A DNA stretch of 64,000 nucleotides from Lingula anatina (GCA_051362555.1 CM120646.1:23064001-23128000), one strand, 5' to 3'. Positions 25,301 through 39,750 are shown, numbered from the stretch's first letter. Notes: generated by a model not told the origin, from the sequence alone. Translations and numbers: made by a program.

Positions 25301-28300
25301 ACTTTCTATGGTCTTCTTAACTTAGTCATATTTTGTGTGCCATGATACTTATACATGCAAAAATGACAGCTTTACCTGCAGGTCCGGCATTTCCTCTGGC
25401 TCCCGCTGGGCCTGTAGCTCCTGGGGCTCCACGGGAACCTGCTGGTCCTGGTGGGCCGGCGGCTCCAGCTGGTCCTCTCGCTCCGTTGGCTCCTCTAGGA
25501 CCTGAAGCGCCTGTTGCTCCGGCAGGGCCTCGAGCACCGTCGTTACCTCGTGGTCCAGTGGGTCCTGCACTTCCTCTGGCGCCAGCACTTCCAGCGGCTC
25601 CACGGTCACCCTTCGGACCTAGAGACCAAAACGTTCGTTGAATGAATTTTCTTTCAGGATACAGTCATTAAGACTTTTTACAAAGCAGCCATTTTGAACA
25701 ACAAAAAACAATGGCAGTAGGTATGCTTAAACGTTAAAGCAATTAGACTGCCATACTACTGACTTTGAGTTAACGTAATTTTTTTGGCAGGTGTGTCGGC
25801 ATGATGAAACAGACAAACTACACATGTGTAACCCTGTGAGCAAAAAAGTAATTTTTATATGACATATCAATGGAAATCAAGGTATGGTGGCCTTAAACTT
25901 TCTGTAAGCCGCTGATACCGTGTTCTTTTAGATTCATCGTAAGAAAACAGTAATACAAGACAAAAGCCGCGACAAGACGGTATTGTAATTCAAATATATT
26001 GACTATAGTTTTTTACCTGCTGGACCGGCTGGTCCTCTAGCTCCAGCGGCACCTGCTGGTCCTCTGCTGCCCGCTGGTCCTCTGGGACCTGCGGGTCCTT
26101 GGGCACCATCGTTACCACGAGGTCCAGTGGCACCGGGACGACCGGCCGCACCTGGTCAGAAAAATGACAGCGATGAATGTATATATTAATATCGAAAATT
26201 AAATATTGCACTGAACAGATTTGATTAAATAGTTAAGATAAAACGTTCTGTTCTTTAATTTATGCCACAAATGCCTCTATCATGACCATTAAATACCAGC
26301 AAAACATAAAACAAAGCAGTGTACATACCTCTAGCACCAGGTGATCCTTTCGGACCTGCTGGGCCAGTTGCCCCTGGGGCACCGTCACGTCCGTTACGTC
26401 CTGCTGGGCCACGGGAACCTGCAGGGCCACGAGCACCTGCCGGGCCTGCTGGTCCTGTCGCACCTAGTGATGGAATAGACACATACACATGTGAAAACTT
26501 TCGCGCAGACAAAATATCCAAACGTCTCACATTATTGATTTTCACTATCTGAGCTCGGTTATGACCATGCTTGGTTTCTTCATTAAAGACACAAGTAAGG
26601 CAAAGTATTATATACTGAAAACGAATCCCTTATGACTGAAAATTTCAGCTTAACATATAGATTAATATGACCAACGTACCTGGTGCGCCATTTGTTCCTG
26701 CTGGTCCACGGGCACCAGTGGCGCCGGGACTGCCTGCCGGACCTGCGGGACCTCGAGCACCTGGGGGACAAAAGCGTAGCAACAGTGTATGAATCGTTGG
26801 TAAAGGACGTTTATACATAAAAATCATGATATTATAATGATCAATGAAATATGTTTACAGTTAAAAATGATTGCCTTTAACATTGTACTGCTGTGTTTTG
26901 ACTCTTACCTGGAGCACCGTCTCTGCCGTTAGCGCCATCTCTGCCCCGGGGTCCCGTGGGTCCTGCTGGGCCCTGAACGAAAGTTTGTATAATTGTTACA
27001 TTTTGGTTAGGCCATTTACTGTCTGAAACACAGCTGTGAGGAAGTGGCAGAAAGCAATTTGGAGTTTTTCGCATTATTTTGCTTATATAGCGTTGTATAA
27101 ATGTGTCAAAGGTGAAATAGGGAAACCTCCGATCCTCCTAAATGATTCTGGAGCTTTAATTTTCCTACTTTATGCTCGGTATTACAACCCCGTCCTTTCA
27201 AGCAAATGCACATCATTTCAGATCTCTCCGCTCAAGCATTGAACAACAAAGTACCTTGATGTTAATATTACTAATAAAAAATTACATTGAACAGAAGTCG
27301 ATTATCTGACACTAATATAAGTTCCATAGCATACCCTAGGTCCGGGAGATCCGGCGGCACCAGCTGGGCCTGCCCTGCCGTCAGCACCTGTTGGACCACG
27401 TGGTCCTGTGGGGCCAGCACGGCCTGCGGCGCCTCTTGCACCGGCCTGACCTGTGGCGCCATCTTTACCAGCTGGGCCTGTGAGAAAAGACGGCGTTATT
27501 TTACGAAAAGTCTAGAAATAACGGCACATGGAATGAATATAGCAGTTTGCAGTATGTGCAAGAATGTAACGATTTCTCAAAAATGCGTCTTTATTTACTT
27601 ACTGTTATTCAACATATTTCTTCTGATCGTACCTCAATGTGACAGCCTAGCGTAATGCATTTCATTTTGTTAATTAAGAGTGCCAGTCTTCAAAACTGAA
27701 AATTAAAAAGTAAAGTATATTTGGAGACAAGTAATAAAGATTGCTATATTACCTCTCGCTCCAGCGGGTCCAGTGGCACCTGGTCGACCACCTGGGCCAG
27801 CGTCTCCCGCGGGCCCTCTCTGACCTGCTGCTCCTGTCGCACCTGCCGGGCCACGGTCACCTGCAACACCAGTGGGACCTCGAGGTCCAGCTGGACCAGG
27901 AGATCCTGCTCTTCCTGTAGCTCCCCGAGGTCCACGATCTCCCTTAGCGCCGGCTGAACCAGCTCTTCCAGCTGAGCCGGCCGGACCTCTGTCTCCTGGG
28001 GGACCCCGGGCTCCGTCCTGACCTGCCGGACCCCTGGGGCCCGGGGATCCATCGCTGCCTGGTCTCCCAGCAGCTCCTGCAGGACCGGCTGGACCGGCTG
28101 GTCCGCGAGGTCCTGCGTCACCCTTGGCACCTGCTGATCCTGGTCTGCCGTCAGCACCCGCGGGACCACGTGGACCTGTCGGACCTGCTGCGCCTGTAAT
28201 TACACACACACACACAAAAAAAATTAAAGCTGTATACTTTGCTCTATGCATGTATAGTATCTCGCAAATAGGGCAGATGTCTATTGAATTTAAAAAATCA

Positions 28301-31300
28301 GATTAATTAAAAAGGGGTACAAAATAGAATACACACACTTGCCAGTGCCTCACTGAATCCTGATATATTAATGCTAATTGTTTGTTAACTTACATCTATG
28401 TAAGTTCTTTGATGTGTATTCTTCTCCAAACTTGTGTAACCGATACGCAATACATTACGCCCCGAGTCACAAATAATGTATCATTTGTTTTTAAGAAAAC
28501 TTTTTCAGAGTTGAGTTACCTGCCGGTCCTCTGGGACCTGTAGGTCCTGCTGGACCACGTGCTCCGTCTGAACCAGCTCTACCGTTGGCTCCTGCAGCAC
28601 CCCTAGGACCGGTGGCTCCTGCTGGACCACGTGCTCCTGGGGAGCCATCTCTTCCGGCGGGCCCTCTGGGTCCTGGGCCACCAGCGGGGCCTCTAGGTCC
28701 TGCAGGGCCTCTGGCTCCTGGGGAGCCATCTCTACCTCTCGCTCCGTCAGAACCTGAGGGAAAGTTAAGGGAAAAGCGCTATTAGTTTTTTTATTAGACT
28801 AACAAATTTTATTTATAGGTGTTGCTTATGGGAACAGTAAAAATTGAGACCTACAATAACGGTTATAAAACCACGCGCTCTATCTTTAGGAACAAGACAA
28901 TTTACGCACTAGTCTTTTCAGCATTACGTCTCTTGTTACACATTAATTAATAATTTCAATATTCATATACCTGCTCTTCCAGCGGCTCCAGCTGGTCCTC
29001 TTGCACCTGCAGGCCCTCTAGCGCCGGCCGGTCCTCTGGGTCCAGCAGGTCCTGCTGCTCCGGGAGAACCGTCTCTTCCGTCTTTACCAGCGGCACCGGC
29101 AGCACCTACAGAATGAAATAAGCTTTACAGATATAGAATGTACATTTTGAATAGCATCAGTGTAACATGTGATGTTTAATTAAGATATAAAGAAATTTCT
29201 TGTGTCATGAAACGAAATAAACAAAAAAAAACATCAAAGTTTTAATAATGAAGGACCTTAAAATGTTCAACGATGTCAACAGCAAGAAAGCGGCAATTTG
29301 CCGTGGCTTTTCTGACACATTAAATCTGTGACGCACCTCGAGGTCCTGTGGCACCGTCTGAACCGTCACGGCCGTTCCTTCCAGCTGGACCCCTTGGTCC
29401 CGTAGGGCCAGCAGAGCCCGGTCTTCCTGCAGGGCCGGTGTCGCCTTTGGGACCGTCTCTGCCAGCAGCGCCGGCTGGACCAGCTGGACCTGCTGGGCCT
29501 GCTGGACCAGTTGAGCCCTTAGTTCCTCTGAATTTGTGAGGGATAAGAATAATTATGCAGCTACTGTAGGACTTGGTTTGCAGAGATAGAGCTTATATAT
29601 CTCATTTATTTCGATCATACATAACGTAAATGTTTATTAGAAATTACTCAAAAATGCGAAAATATTTGTAAATGTAATTTTTCTGTTTTGCACTCTTTAA
29701 AGAATTGTTTGTAAACGTGGAAGCTATATTTCAGATGTTTCTTTGAAGACCGTTTGATTGACAGTTGTTTATAATTTCAATACAAAATATCACCTTGATC
29801 AATGGTGAGCTATGAGCAGCTGATACGACAAAAATATCGCTATGAGGTCACTTACCTAGGACCGGTGGGCCCGTCATTGCCACGTCTGCCTGGGTCTCCT
29901 CTTGGTCCAGTAGGCCCTCTACCGCTATCTCCTGTAACTCCTCGAGGTCCTGTTGGTCCTGTGTCTCCCCTCGGTCCAGGCATTCCTGGGATTCCTGGGA
30001 TTCCGGCCAACTCGATAATCAGGACCAAATCTGTCAGAGAGGAAGAGACATTGATAATGTGGGAAACTGTAATTTGCATAGGTACATTCAATTAAATGGC
30101 TCATTGACGGTGGACAGTAGCAAAACTGAACGGATAGTCATACCGTGTCACTTTTATCAGATTCTTAAAGTTTTAGTCAGAAATATGTCGTTTGATGTGT
30201 GTGCATGTGTGTAGACCTCTGTGTGTTTGGTGTGCGCGTGTGTATGTGTGTGTGTGCGTATGTGTGTGAATTTCGTGTACTACACATTTACCTAAATCAC
30301 ATAGTCTTCCCAAAAATCCACTTCTGCAGTTGCACTGTGAGAAGCCGTCCGATTCCCTGACTACACATGTGCCATCATTCCTGCATGGGTTCGGGTTGCA
30401 CGCCAATGCTACAAGGTAAAATCATAGTTATACCGTACTTATGTCCTTTCTGAGCAACCTCAGCAAACTATTCTATCTATAAAAAACACAATTTGATCAT
30501 GTAAATTTAAACAAAACTGATAAATAATCTTTTTTCATAGTCTAATCAATTATTTAAAATTATATCCAATTACAGCTTTTAATCAAGCACTGGTGTCACC
30601 AAGTTTAAAGTAAATACATTGTAAATATACTCCCGCGTCCTCATTTGCCCACTTACATGTTTCACAGTTCTTTCCAGTGAGGTAGGACCGACATGAACAC
30701 GTGTATCCCCCGGCCTGGTCGCTGGCGGGCGTACACACGCCCCCGTACATACAGGGGTTCGGTAAACACGCCGTGATGTGAACTCGCATATCTAAACAGA
30801 CACAGGGAATATTAATTGATCTAATAATTACACTTCTGTCAATGTGTTATTTAGATCTCAACCCAACCCCATCATTCCTACGTCTTAACGCTGTATCGTT
30901 GATTGATATTACAAGAAAAGAATATGATGATGTTAGGCCTATATTTTAGTACATGATAGCAGCATACCGGAATGGATTCAGAATTAGATTCAAGCAGAAT
31001 TATATATCCATTGACGCTTTCAATGAACTAAACTGAAGCATAGAGATCTCAACAGAATAAAACGGATATGCATATTATTTACATACATGCATAGATAAAT
31101 GAGACATATCGTATTAAACCGTCGAACTGATTTGAAATATGTAGACGTCTGCATAAAAATTTTGTTGTCATTGTCCGGTCATTATCGTAAACACACTTGA
31201 TTTATATTTGGAACTCAACGGACCATTGCTAATTACGCAAATTTACCTATTTGGCAGAAAAGCCCGAAAAAGTTAGCGGGGCAAATGCAAACTTTGCTTC

Positions 31301-34112
31301 CGTCTGACTTTTGTGCACATGTTCCTCCGTTTTGACAGAAGCTGGAGTCACATCCTTTGTCTGAAATAAGATACGTCATGGAATCAGAGTCATCGAGTGC
31401 AAATGAAATTTAAAACATAATGCATACATTCTACTTGCAATCGTCTTATCTCATGGAATTTAATGCGTTTGCAGGACATTTTTGCTCAGTATTGGCAAGA
31501 AACGTCCACCTTATCAATAGGGCCACACTGCTTAAAGATACAAAACACTCACATTCTTGACACAAGCGGCCACTGAACGGCTCCTTGCACTGACAGATAA
31601 ACCCGTTGCCATTGCTGGCACCCGTTTGCTGACACGTGCCGCCATTTTGGCAGGGCGAGGAGCAGCAGGCGCCGCACTTGGCTCCAGATTCCTGTGAGAT
31701 TGTTATGTCCACCTTGTCTGCGTTCAAATCTGAAATGAAAGATCAACGTTAGTTTCGAAATTTATCTATTGAAATTATGAACTACATATGTGTTATAAAA
31801 AAAACTTTTTTCTTTCATTTTAAATCTGCAAAGCGAAGAAAACATTTGTTTTTAAAATCGAAGGCGGTTTCAAATTTCAACATATTTAATCTAAATTAAG
31901 AGTCTACAAAACAAAAGAAAAAAAAACTATGGCAAAAGACTGATCAGTTCAGACCGCGTCTTACCTATTTGACACGTAGATCCAAAGTACCTTTCTGGGC
32001 ATGCGCACATTGAGCCAGATCGGCCAGCCACGCATGTACCTCCGTTCTTGCAGTCCAGTTTTTGTATGCATATTGGTCCTATATTAGAAGATAAAATATC
32101 AGTCCACGCTACACAGTTACTTTTGAGGAATAATGTTATTTTGAATAATTATAAATTAGCCAAATAATTATGAAATTAGCTAAGGAGATATGTAAGCCAA
32201 ATAATGGATACTTGATAATGCACCCACCATTCGTAACTTATTTATATACAATGGAGATTTTCCCACTACATTAATTTTTTTAATTATTGGGAAAATATCA
32301 TGTCTTCTGAACTTTTTTGGGTGTAGTTTGCACCCAGTTTCAGTCAGGTTGGACACGTACTTTGATCACATCGTTCACCGGTCCAGTTCTCGTCACACAC
32401 GCACCGGAAGCTGTCACCCTGTGGCACACATTTGCCATTGGCGCATGGGTTGTTCCTACAAGGTGGATCGGGTATCTCTAACATAGAAAAAAAGGAAGTT
32501 AAGATTCGGATAACTGCTTCTTAGACAGAGAACAAAATCATGCGCGCAATTTTCAACTAAAAATATATATGAGCTCATTTCCGTATTTACATATACAGTA
32601 TGTACATGTATAATCGTGCTATTTCTCGATACGAACAGCTCAATTAAACGAAGAGATTACGTAAAGTGCTACAAGTTTTATTTGAACAAAGGATTTTGAA
32701 AAATCTCCTGTTATCTAATTATCATTTGTTACCTAATTATCATTTTATATACTTTGTGGTTTTTACCTTCAGATGGACAACACTGGTAGGCAAACCTCGT
32801 GTTTGGAGACTTGCTGAAGGAGCAGACGTCTGTCATGTTGACAGTACAGCTCGGCAGACCGTCACAATGAGACTTGGCCGCGTACGTGAAGTACTCCAAG
32901 TTAGAGTCCGTAACGGCACAGAACGGGTCATTGGCGTAGTTGCAGAACCGCCTGACGCGCACCTGTGCCTTGCCGCAGGACAAGCTTAATTGCGAGTTGG
33001 TGCGGCAGTTGAACTCCCCGAATTGTTCTAGGGAAAAGAAGTCAAATTGACATATTTTATACTCCAATTGGGGTAAATTATTATGTTGCAACGGGTAATA
33101 CTATAGTGTGCATTCTGTCTGTCAATGAATGTAGAAATTGCTATATTCATGGCGTAACGTACACGGATATGTATGACTGACTGACTCAAAGGAATATTTC
33201 ATCTGGCTTTGAATTTGAAGAGCTGATGCAATTCTGCTCATGCACTTCACGGAATGAAATTGAAGGGTCAGCACAACTTAACACCCCAGCTAGTGGAACC
33301 TCCAAAAACACATTTGGTTACATTTGCCAGTGGTGAATTCCTCACCTCCTACAACGCACCCCTCAGCGTCGCCCTTCTCACAGTATGTGCCATAGAACCC
33401 ACAGGTACAGGCACACCTGAAGCCGGCGATGTAGCCGTCCCTGTCGTACAACTTGGCACATTGGCCGCCATTTTTACACGATGGCTTGGCACATGGGTCA
33501 TAATCTGAAATTAGACGCACATATTAAGGAAGTGCTTCAAACAAGCTTCTATTCTTTGGTATATTAAATCAAATTGATTGGTCTTTTTCTTCCCAGCTGT
33601 TTGAAGTCAATTAAACTCTAAAATGGGAACAAAATTAACAATACAGAATATTTTCAATTTGCCTTAACGGATGTAAATTGAGTACATACATAGCACTGAG
33701 ATTATAATTAATATATACGTGTTAATTATTTAAAAGCAGAATGCACTGTCAGTTTTATGGGCTATATGTTATTGTGTCAGCTAGATATATTTGAGATATA
33801 AGTCGTCCCATAATATTTTTTAAACGTTTGACAGGGTACATTGTGATTTATAAAACAGTAAAGAAGAAATGTCCATATTTTCTTGGATCAGCTGAAGCAT
33901 TGCCTTTTTATCAAATTAAAGAGTAAGAAATAATAATGAACTTCACCTTGTTGCCTGCATCCAGATGGCGGACACCCAGGCACGTAGCGTTTCGATCTTA
34001 CGTTAACTTCATTCTTCAAAGGTCCAAGGGGCTGGAGAGGTATCGCTAATGTTACAGCGACACCTATCGAAAGTATCAGCCCCTGCAGGAGACGCGTCGT
34101 CTGCCTGCCCAT
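15481..34112 (-). CDS. Giant EGF/lectin-collagen A (about 38 coding exons, about 2,490 aa): signal, RSKR, EGF, SUEL-like domain, 6 EGF, about 1,940 aa Gly-X-Y, Cys-rich C-terminus
   Basis: ATG at 34112 ([23 protein letters not shown]). EGF exons 33504-33346, 32477-32361, 32078-31965, 31729-31553, 31360-31247, 30791-30657, 30408-30292; lectin-like exon 33027-32767; 28 Gly-X-Y exons between 30030 and about 16334, including a 1200-bp exon (22055-20856); last exon 15734-15481 ends in TGA; minus-strand AATAAA at 15122-15127. Phases are consistent wherever checked. Confidence 0.92.
16243..16281. repeat. (TA)n microsatellite
   Basis: Direct reading. Confidence 0.95.
30292..33504 (-). other. Collagen A N-terminal head: 7 EGF-like exons plus 1 SUEL-like exon, all symmetric phase 1-1
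   Basis: For example [47 protein letters not shown]...[14 protein letters not shown] and [13 protein letters not shown]...[12 protein letters not shown]. Confidence 0.9.
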
Positions 34113-34831
34113 AGCAGCTAGAATAGAATGAAATATTACAGTGCCAAGGTGGTGAAATTATATAACTAGGCAAGGGGTTCTTTGTAATAAAATCTTTGTA
34201 CTGAAGTTAAATAGAATGTCTATTACTCTTGAAAAGAAATGCCGTGACCCGGAATTTCCTACTGGCACACAGCTATTAATATACTACATATGGTAATGAA
34301 TACATGTAATTGAAATTTCGAGAAAGTCACTGGCTCTAAAAGGGCGTTGTCTTTGGTTTTCTTAATCTTTTTTGGGGTAGTCACAACCATAATGAAAACC
34401 ACTATTTAAATAACTTCAAATAGCCATTAGCCGACCACGCTGCCCTCACGTTACATTGCTGTCAGGACTAACATGCGCTAAGCACTATGATGGACGGCAA
34501 AAAGAACACCGCCAGTGACGTTTTTATGTTGTCCAAAGTGCGTCATCAAGGCAATGCCCTCATAGCTCGGGCGGTGACTCAAGTTAAGGGATAATGGCGG
34601 AAATGGTTTTGTTGAACAGTGGAAAATTTCGTTTCGATTTATGGGACTTACACGTGAGACTTTAATTGACTGGTTGTCCTCAGCAATATAATTGCTTTCG
34701 TATTTTGTGGCCTTTCAAATGATTATTTTTCCGGTTGTTTTCAGATATAATGGGACCGCCCACCCCGCCTTCCTTTGTGTTAGAAGTGGCCACAAATTGA
34801 TAATGTCGCATGAAACTCCCTCTCTCTCTCT

Positions 34832-34934
<103 letters not shown>

Positions 34935-36371
34935 GGTCTATCTGTTTATCTTGAACAAACATTTGAGCACAATGTCAGGAATACAGCATTTTTTCACCTA
35001 CTCCTTTTCCCCCAGAATATGCGTATGCCTACAGTGGAATAAAATATTCCCATTACGTGCGTATTTCTCTAATGAGCCAATAGATGGCGGAGTAATAGGG
35101 CAGAACAAGTGCCTCACCCGACAAATTGACCTGATATCTAAATACCGACAAAGCCTGTGGTATTCGACATACATTTCCCCCGGAGCACACAATTCAAGTT
35201 CTGTTCTTCTTAAACACAAAAACAAATTTAACATGAAAATGAGAAATAAATGCAACATTTTTCTTGCGTAGACTTATCTAAGAATTTATAGTCTCACCGC
35301 GGAAACTGAACATCAGCTGGGTTAGTCATCACAGCCTTGACTTTGGTTACCTGTAGGAATAGTGCCGCTTTCATTCCAGTTTCACATTTAGGTTATTTAG
35401 TCTTACAATTTGTTTTTTAGATAGCTTTAATAATTAAAGTATGTAAGAAGAATACGAATTTACTTTGAAGTGTAAATGAAAAGACGTGAATATACAAAAA
35501 GCAAGCTGCTAATATATGCACACCAGGAGTTATGCATTTGTAAAATAAAATCTACAGATTTTATATTTCAACAATATTATAACGTCCATGTACTTGTTCA
35601 AACTACAAAAAATCAAAAGCCTGCTTCCTTGTGCCCAGGAAATTTCAGGCGTTGCCATCAACTTTATCCAAGAATCTGACGCTTACGTTACTCAACTTTC
35701 TTGCAATGAAAATGAAAACAGCATATTGCCACAGCCAATAAAATCATTAGAACTGTCTGCGTGACGAACACTAGTTAATACGAAGTCTAAAACTTATCTT
35801 GTTCTTGAATATCGAATTGAACCATTAACATCTAGTTTCAATAATGGTACACTTAAATACCATTTAACTTATACGATGAATACATCAAGGCCGTTTTACT
35901 AACTCGTAATTCGTCCATTCTGGGAGTGCAATTACAGTGGGCAGGCTTTGGGCCGGGGTGTTGCGTATCACACCTTAGCCAAATAACGATACACATTTTT
36001 CCTTTTTAAAATACTCTAGGTTCTGGCAATAAAAAAATATGTCAATATCTAAACCATGAGACACTAGATCCTTCATTCGGGTTTATATTCCTTCGTGGTA
36101 TTCGATCTAGGATTGCAATAATCTTGTATTTCCCCCCAATGATCTTTAGTGTAGCTGATTCCAATGATAAAGAGTCTTATATTAGGAAGCCATACTAGCT
36201 TACTGAAACTCCATTTTATACAATGTCCGTATTAAGAACCATTGTACATTTTGGCTTGGCACCTTAAAACAGAGATCCTAAACCACTTCTAATAAAGAAA
36301 AGTGGTAAACAAAGTAAAGACCGTCTTCCCAATCAACGAAATATTTCAAAGCAAGATAAGGCATTGCTTAC

Positions 36372-36518
36372 CGTTCAGCGGCAGCAGACTACTGTGATAA
36401 GTGTACTACCACTGGGACCTTCGTTCACGAAACCAAAATGGCCTCCTACCTTTGGCGGCTGTTCACAGGCTAAGTGGCTTGGGCCGCAATAAGTTTACAG
36501 CTTAAAAGACATTTTATA
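36372..36518 (-). promoter_or_regulatory. Putative TATA box and non-coding first exon of collagen A
   Basis: Minus-strand TATAAAA at 36518-36512, a GC-richer segment to 36372 ending in a gtaagc donor, and the acceptor for the ATG exon at 34118. Confidence 0.5.
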
Positions 36519-37838
36519 TCAGAAAAGATATTAGCAGAAGGTTAACTGGAAGTTTAGTATGCAAACTGCGGATTACAAATACTTTGGTTGTTTTAATGGG
36601 TCTTGGTCGGTCTTGGTATGGTAATGTAATGGTGGGATTATTTAGTAAGCATGACTTGGGACAGGCCAACCGTGAGACAGGAGCACATGCAAATCAAAGT
36701 GTTACATTTAATTATTTGATGGGAGTTGAGGGTATTTGAATTCACATTTATGTGTCTCGTTGCTAGATGACCTCTTGAGGTTGAAGATATCAAGACGCGT
36801 GGTTTGTTTTAGAAATTTGAATCAGGTGAGGGGACAGGTGCGAAGCGGAACGCCACGCCACTCACTGCACCTACACAAACAGCACATAATACCGTAAAAT
36901 GCTTTATTTGTCATCAGTATGTCCTTTGGCCGATTTAACTGTCCAAGATAACATATAAATTTAGATTTATACATGTCATGTCTCTTTAATTTAATTTTCT
37001 ATATAATATGCACCACAAATATAAATGTCTGGAAAAATTAATTTGTAGCACGACCTCATTTAAATATATTTAAAATGTTAAAATTAAGCTTCCTTTTATG
37101 TTCAGACAGGACTCCTTTTGTGTTGGAGGATTATATTTTTTACTCCTTTTTGATTCTTTTTTTCTGACATTATATTGATCTAATGGATGTTGTGCAGCAT
37201 TTCATGGGATAGGGTAATAAGATTCATGTACTATATTAATTTTAACATATTTATTTTAATCCTTATACAGTACAAATATAACTGTACAATAACACAGACG
37301 TTCTGATGGTGCTATTTTTTCAAATTCCGCAAAGTTGTCGCAAAGAAGAGTGTCGCAACATTGTTTCGTTATCTTTAAACCTCAAAATTGCTCCTGAATT
37401 AAGCATGTCACTTCTTAAATTGCATAAAGTCATTTACAACTGTTATCCCCCTTCGTGAGCCAAGAGCAATACAATAAAATTGACATTGTGAAAATTAGGT
37501 TTGTTTTGTGACATACTAGTAGAAGCAAGCAATACATTCCTTGATAAAATATAAAACTTGTAACAAGTCTATTCATTGGCTCATTAACTATGCACGTGCG
37601 GCTTCATCCAAAGTTATTACTCAGTAATATCATGTATTAGTAGGGATGTTTAAAAATACATAGAAATAACAGGTGAATTTTTGTGGGATACAATGTCTGT
37701 AGAAGCCCATATTGAAATACCAGTGTTTGATATGCGTGCAATCTTAATGGGCAATCAAGTGACGCTGGTGTTTAAAAGGCATCTGATCCACTGCCTCTTC
37801 GGCCACACGACAAGACCACCAAGGATGGATAAGAAATT

Positions 37839-37842
<4 letters not shown>

Positions 37843-37876
<34 letters not shown>
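37843..37876. repeat. (TA)n microsatellite
   Basis: Direct reading. Confidence 0.95.
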
Positions 37877-37879
<3 letters not shown>

Positions 37880-39750
37880 CCGTGAAAATATGTTTTTATT
37901 TTAATAAGCCTTCTTCAGAAAATTATCAATTTTAAACATACTATTGCGTGAAATTAAAGTATAGATATTTTTTCTTCCATGAAATTACCTTCAACTTTGA
38001 CAGCTTTTTTATTATAAATTGGCAGTCGGCAAAACATATGCTATGTTGTTGGAATTTTCAGACACTTTGATTTTCTTTGGTGGTTTTATAAGAAACGTTC
38101 GTTTTTTTTTCGATTCTTTATTCACAATTTACTAGTTAAAAGTAGGATTTTCTTTAAAGGAAATATTTTTAACATGAGCTATTTTATGATTCGTCAAATC
38201 ATTTGTTGGCGATATGTAACGACAATATCTACTTTAAGACTTAAATCTGAATAAAATATTTCCGTTGTTAAAGTATAAATGTTTTTGGATTACAAATTGG
38301 CCATAACAGGCAGGATAGGATGTTTCTTTTGCAATTATCTGTAGGAAAGATGTAACCGATTTAAATCTCAGCGTTTTGAATGGATTCTCTATTCCCAATT
38401 CTCTATAATGCATCGTTTAATGAGATTACACACAAACAAAATGTTCAGTGTTTAAATACAGGCGTGTCTAATATGATTGGTTGGGGACCTTAGACAGGTA
38501 CAATTGAAACCGTTAAAAACATTTAGATGAATCATGTTCGATTGTTCTCATGTCTCGTCATAAATAAAATGCACGCAGTGTGAAGAATTGATGCTGCCAT
38601 CATTGGACACTGTTTGATTTTGGAATTCGAATTTTTTTTGTGTGTGTGTGTGTTTTACGTTTTATCTCAAGCAATTCGGCTGACAAGAAGATCCTTACAT
38701 TTGTCTATAACATGAAATGCAACGAGGAGAAAATTTCATTTTTTCTTTGCACGGAGACCAAATAAAGTCCACATGTATATAATGCATTGCAACTAATGAC
38801 AAATTAATGTCAGCTGAAATTTAATATATGAGGTAAGCTCTCTTTCCACGAAGTCTACCTCAGTGACATTACTTCATTTCTTGTTCAGATTTCGGTGTAT
38901 CGTAGAACAAGCTTGCGTGTTTATTTCAAATTTAAATATTACGAAGTGAGAAAATCTGTCGGTTTTTAGCTAAAGGCATGGCTGCCCTGGTTAATGTTTG
39001 TATTTTTATGATTGATCGTACAGTTCTTATCGTTAAATTGACTACGACAATTTTTGGAAAAGGTAGAGTTAAAACCTATTAATATATTGGGTATCAGATT
39101 TACTAGGAAAAATGCTTAAGACGAAGTTGCTCTTACACTATCATCGATTACTTACACCGCTGTTGCAATATGATGGCACACGTACTGCATGTGTAAAAAA
39201 CTCCATATTACGGTAATAAATATTTATTTCTGTTTAATTATAGATATGCTTTGAATTGCGTGCAAAAGAATGCAAATGGGAAGTCAAATTCTGTTGCATA
39301 ATGCTTGATATATAATATAATATAAAGATAAAAGATAAATGACACAAATTCAAAGAACTATTCGTTGTTGAAAGCATTTTATTTGAAGTTTTTATTTCAT
39401 AAGGTACAGTATCTAAGGTTCGCAAGATCCTAAATTTTAGTCTTATGTTTCGGAAAAGTAATTATTTTGCTTACGAGAGAGGTCTGTATGGTTTAAGACA
39501 AGCCATTGTTTAGCAAGATAAACTCATCCAGTTTTAAAATAACACTGTTCCATTCAAAGTTGTTTTACATGTAACTTTCCATTCAATCATCTCTCTGCCT
39601 TACAGATATCACAGAGAACAGTGCCAACGTTTGCGACTCATTTATCTTTACTCTCCATTTTGCAAATAAAAATAAATTGACATAAACAACACTAGTACTG
39701 TCAGTTAAAAGCGTGAAGTGTTAATAAATAATTTTCTGTAGTCAGAAAGC

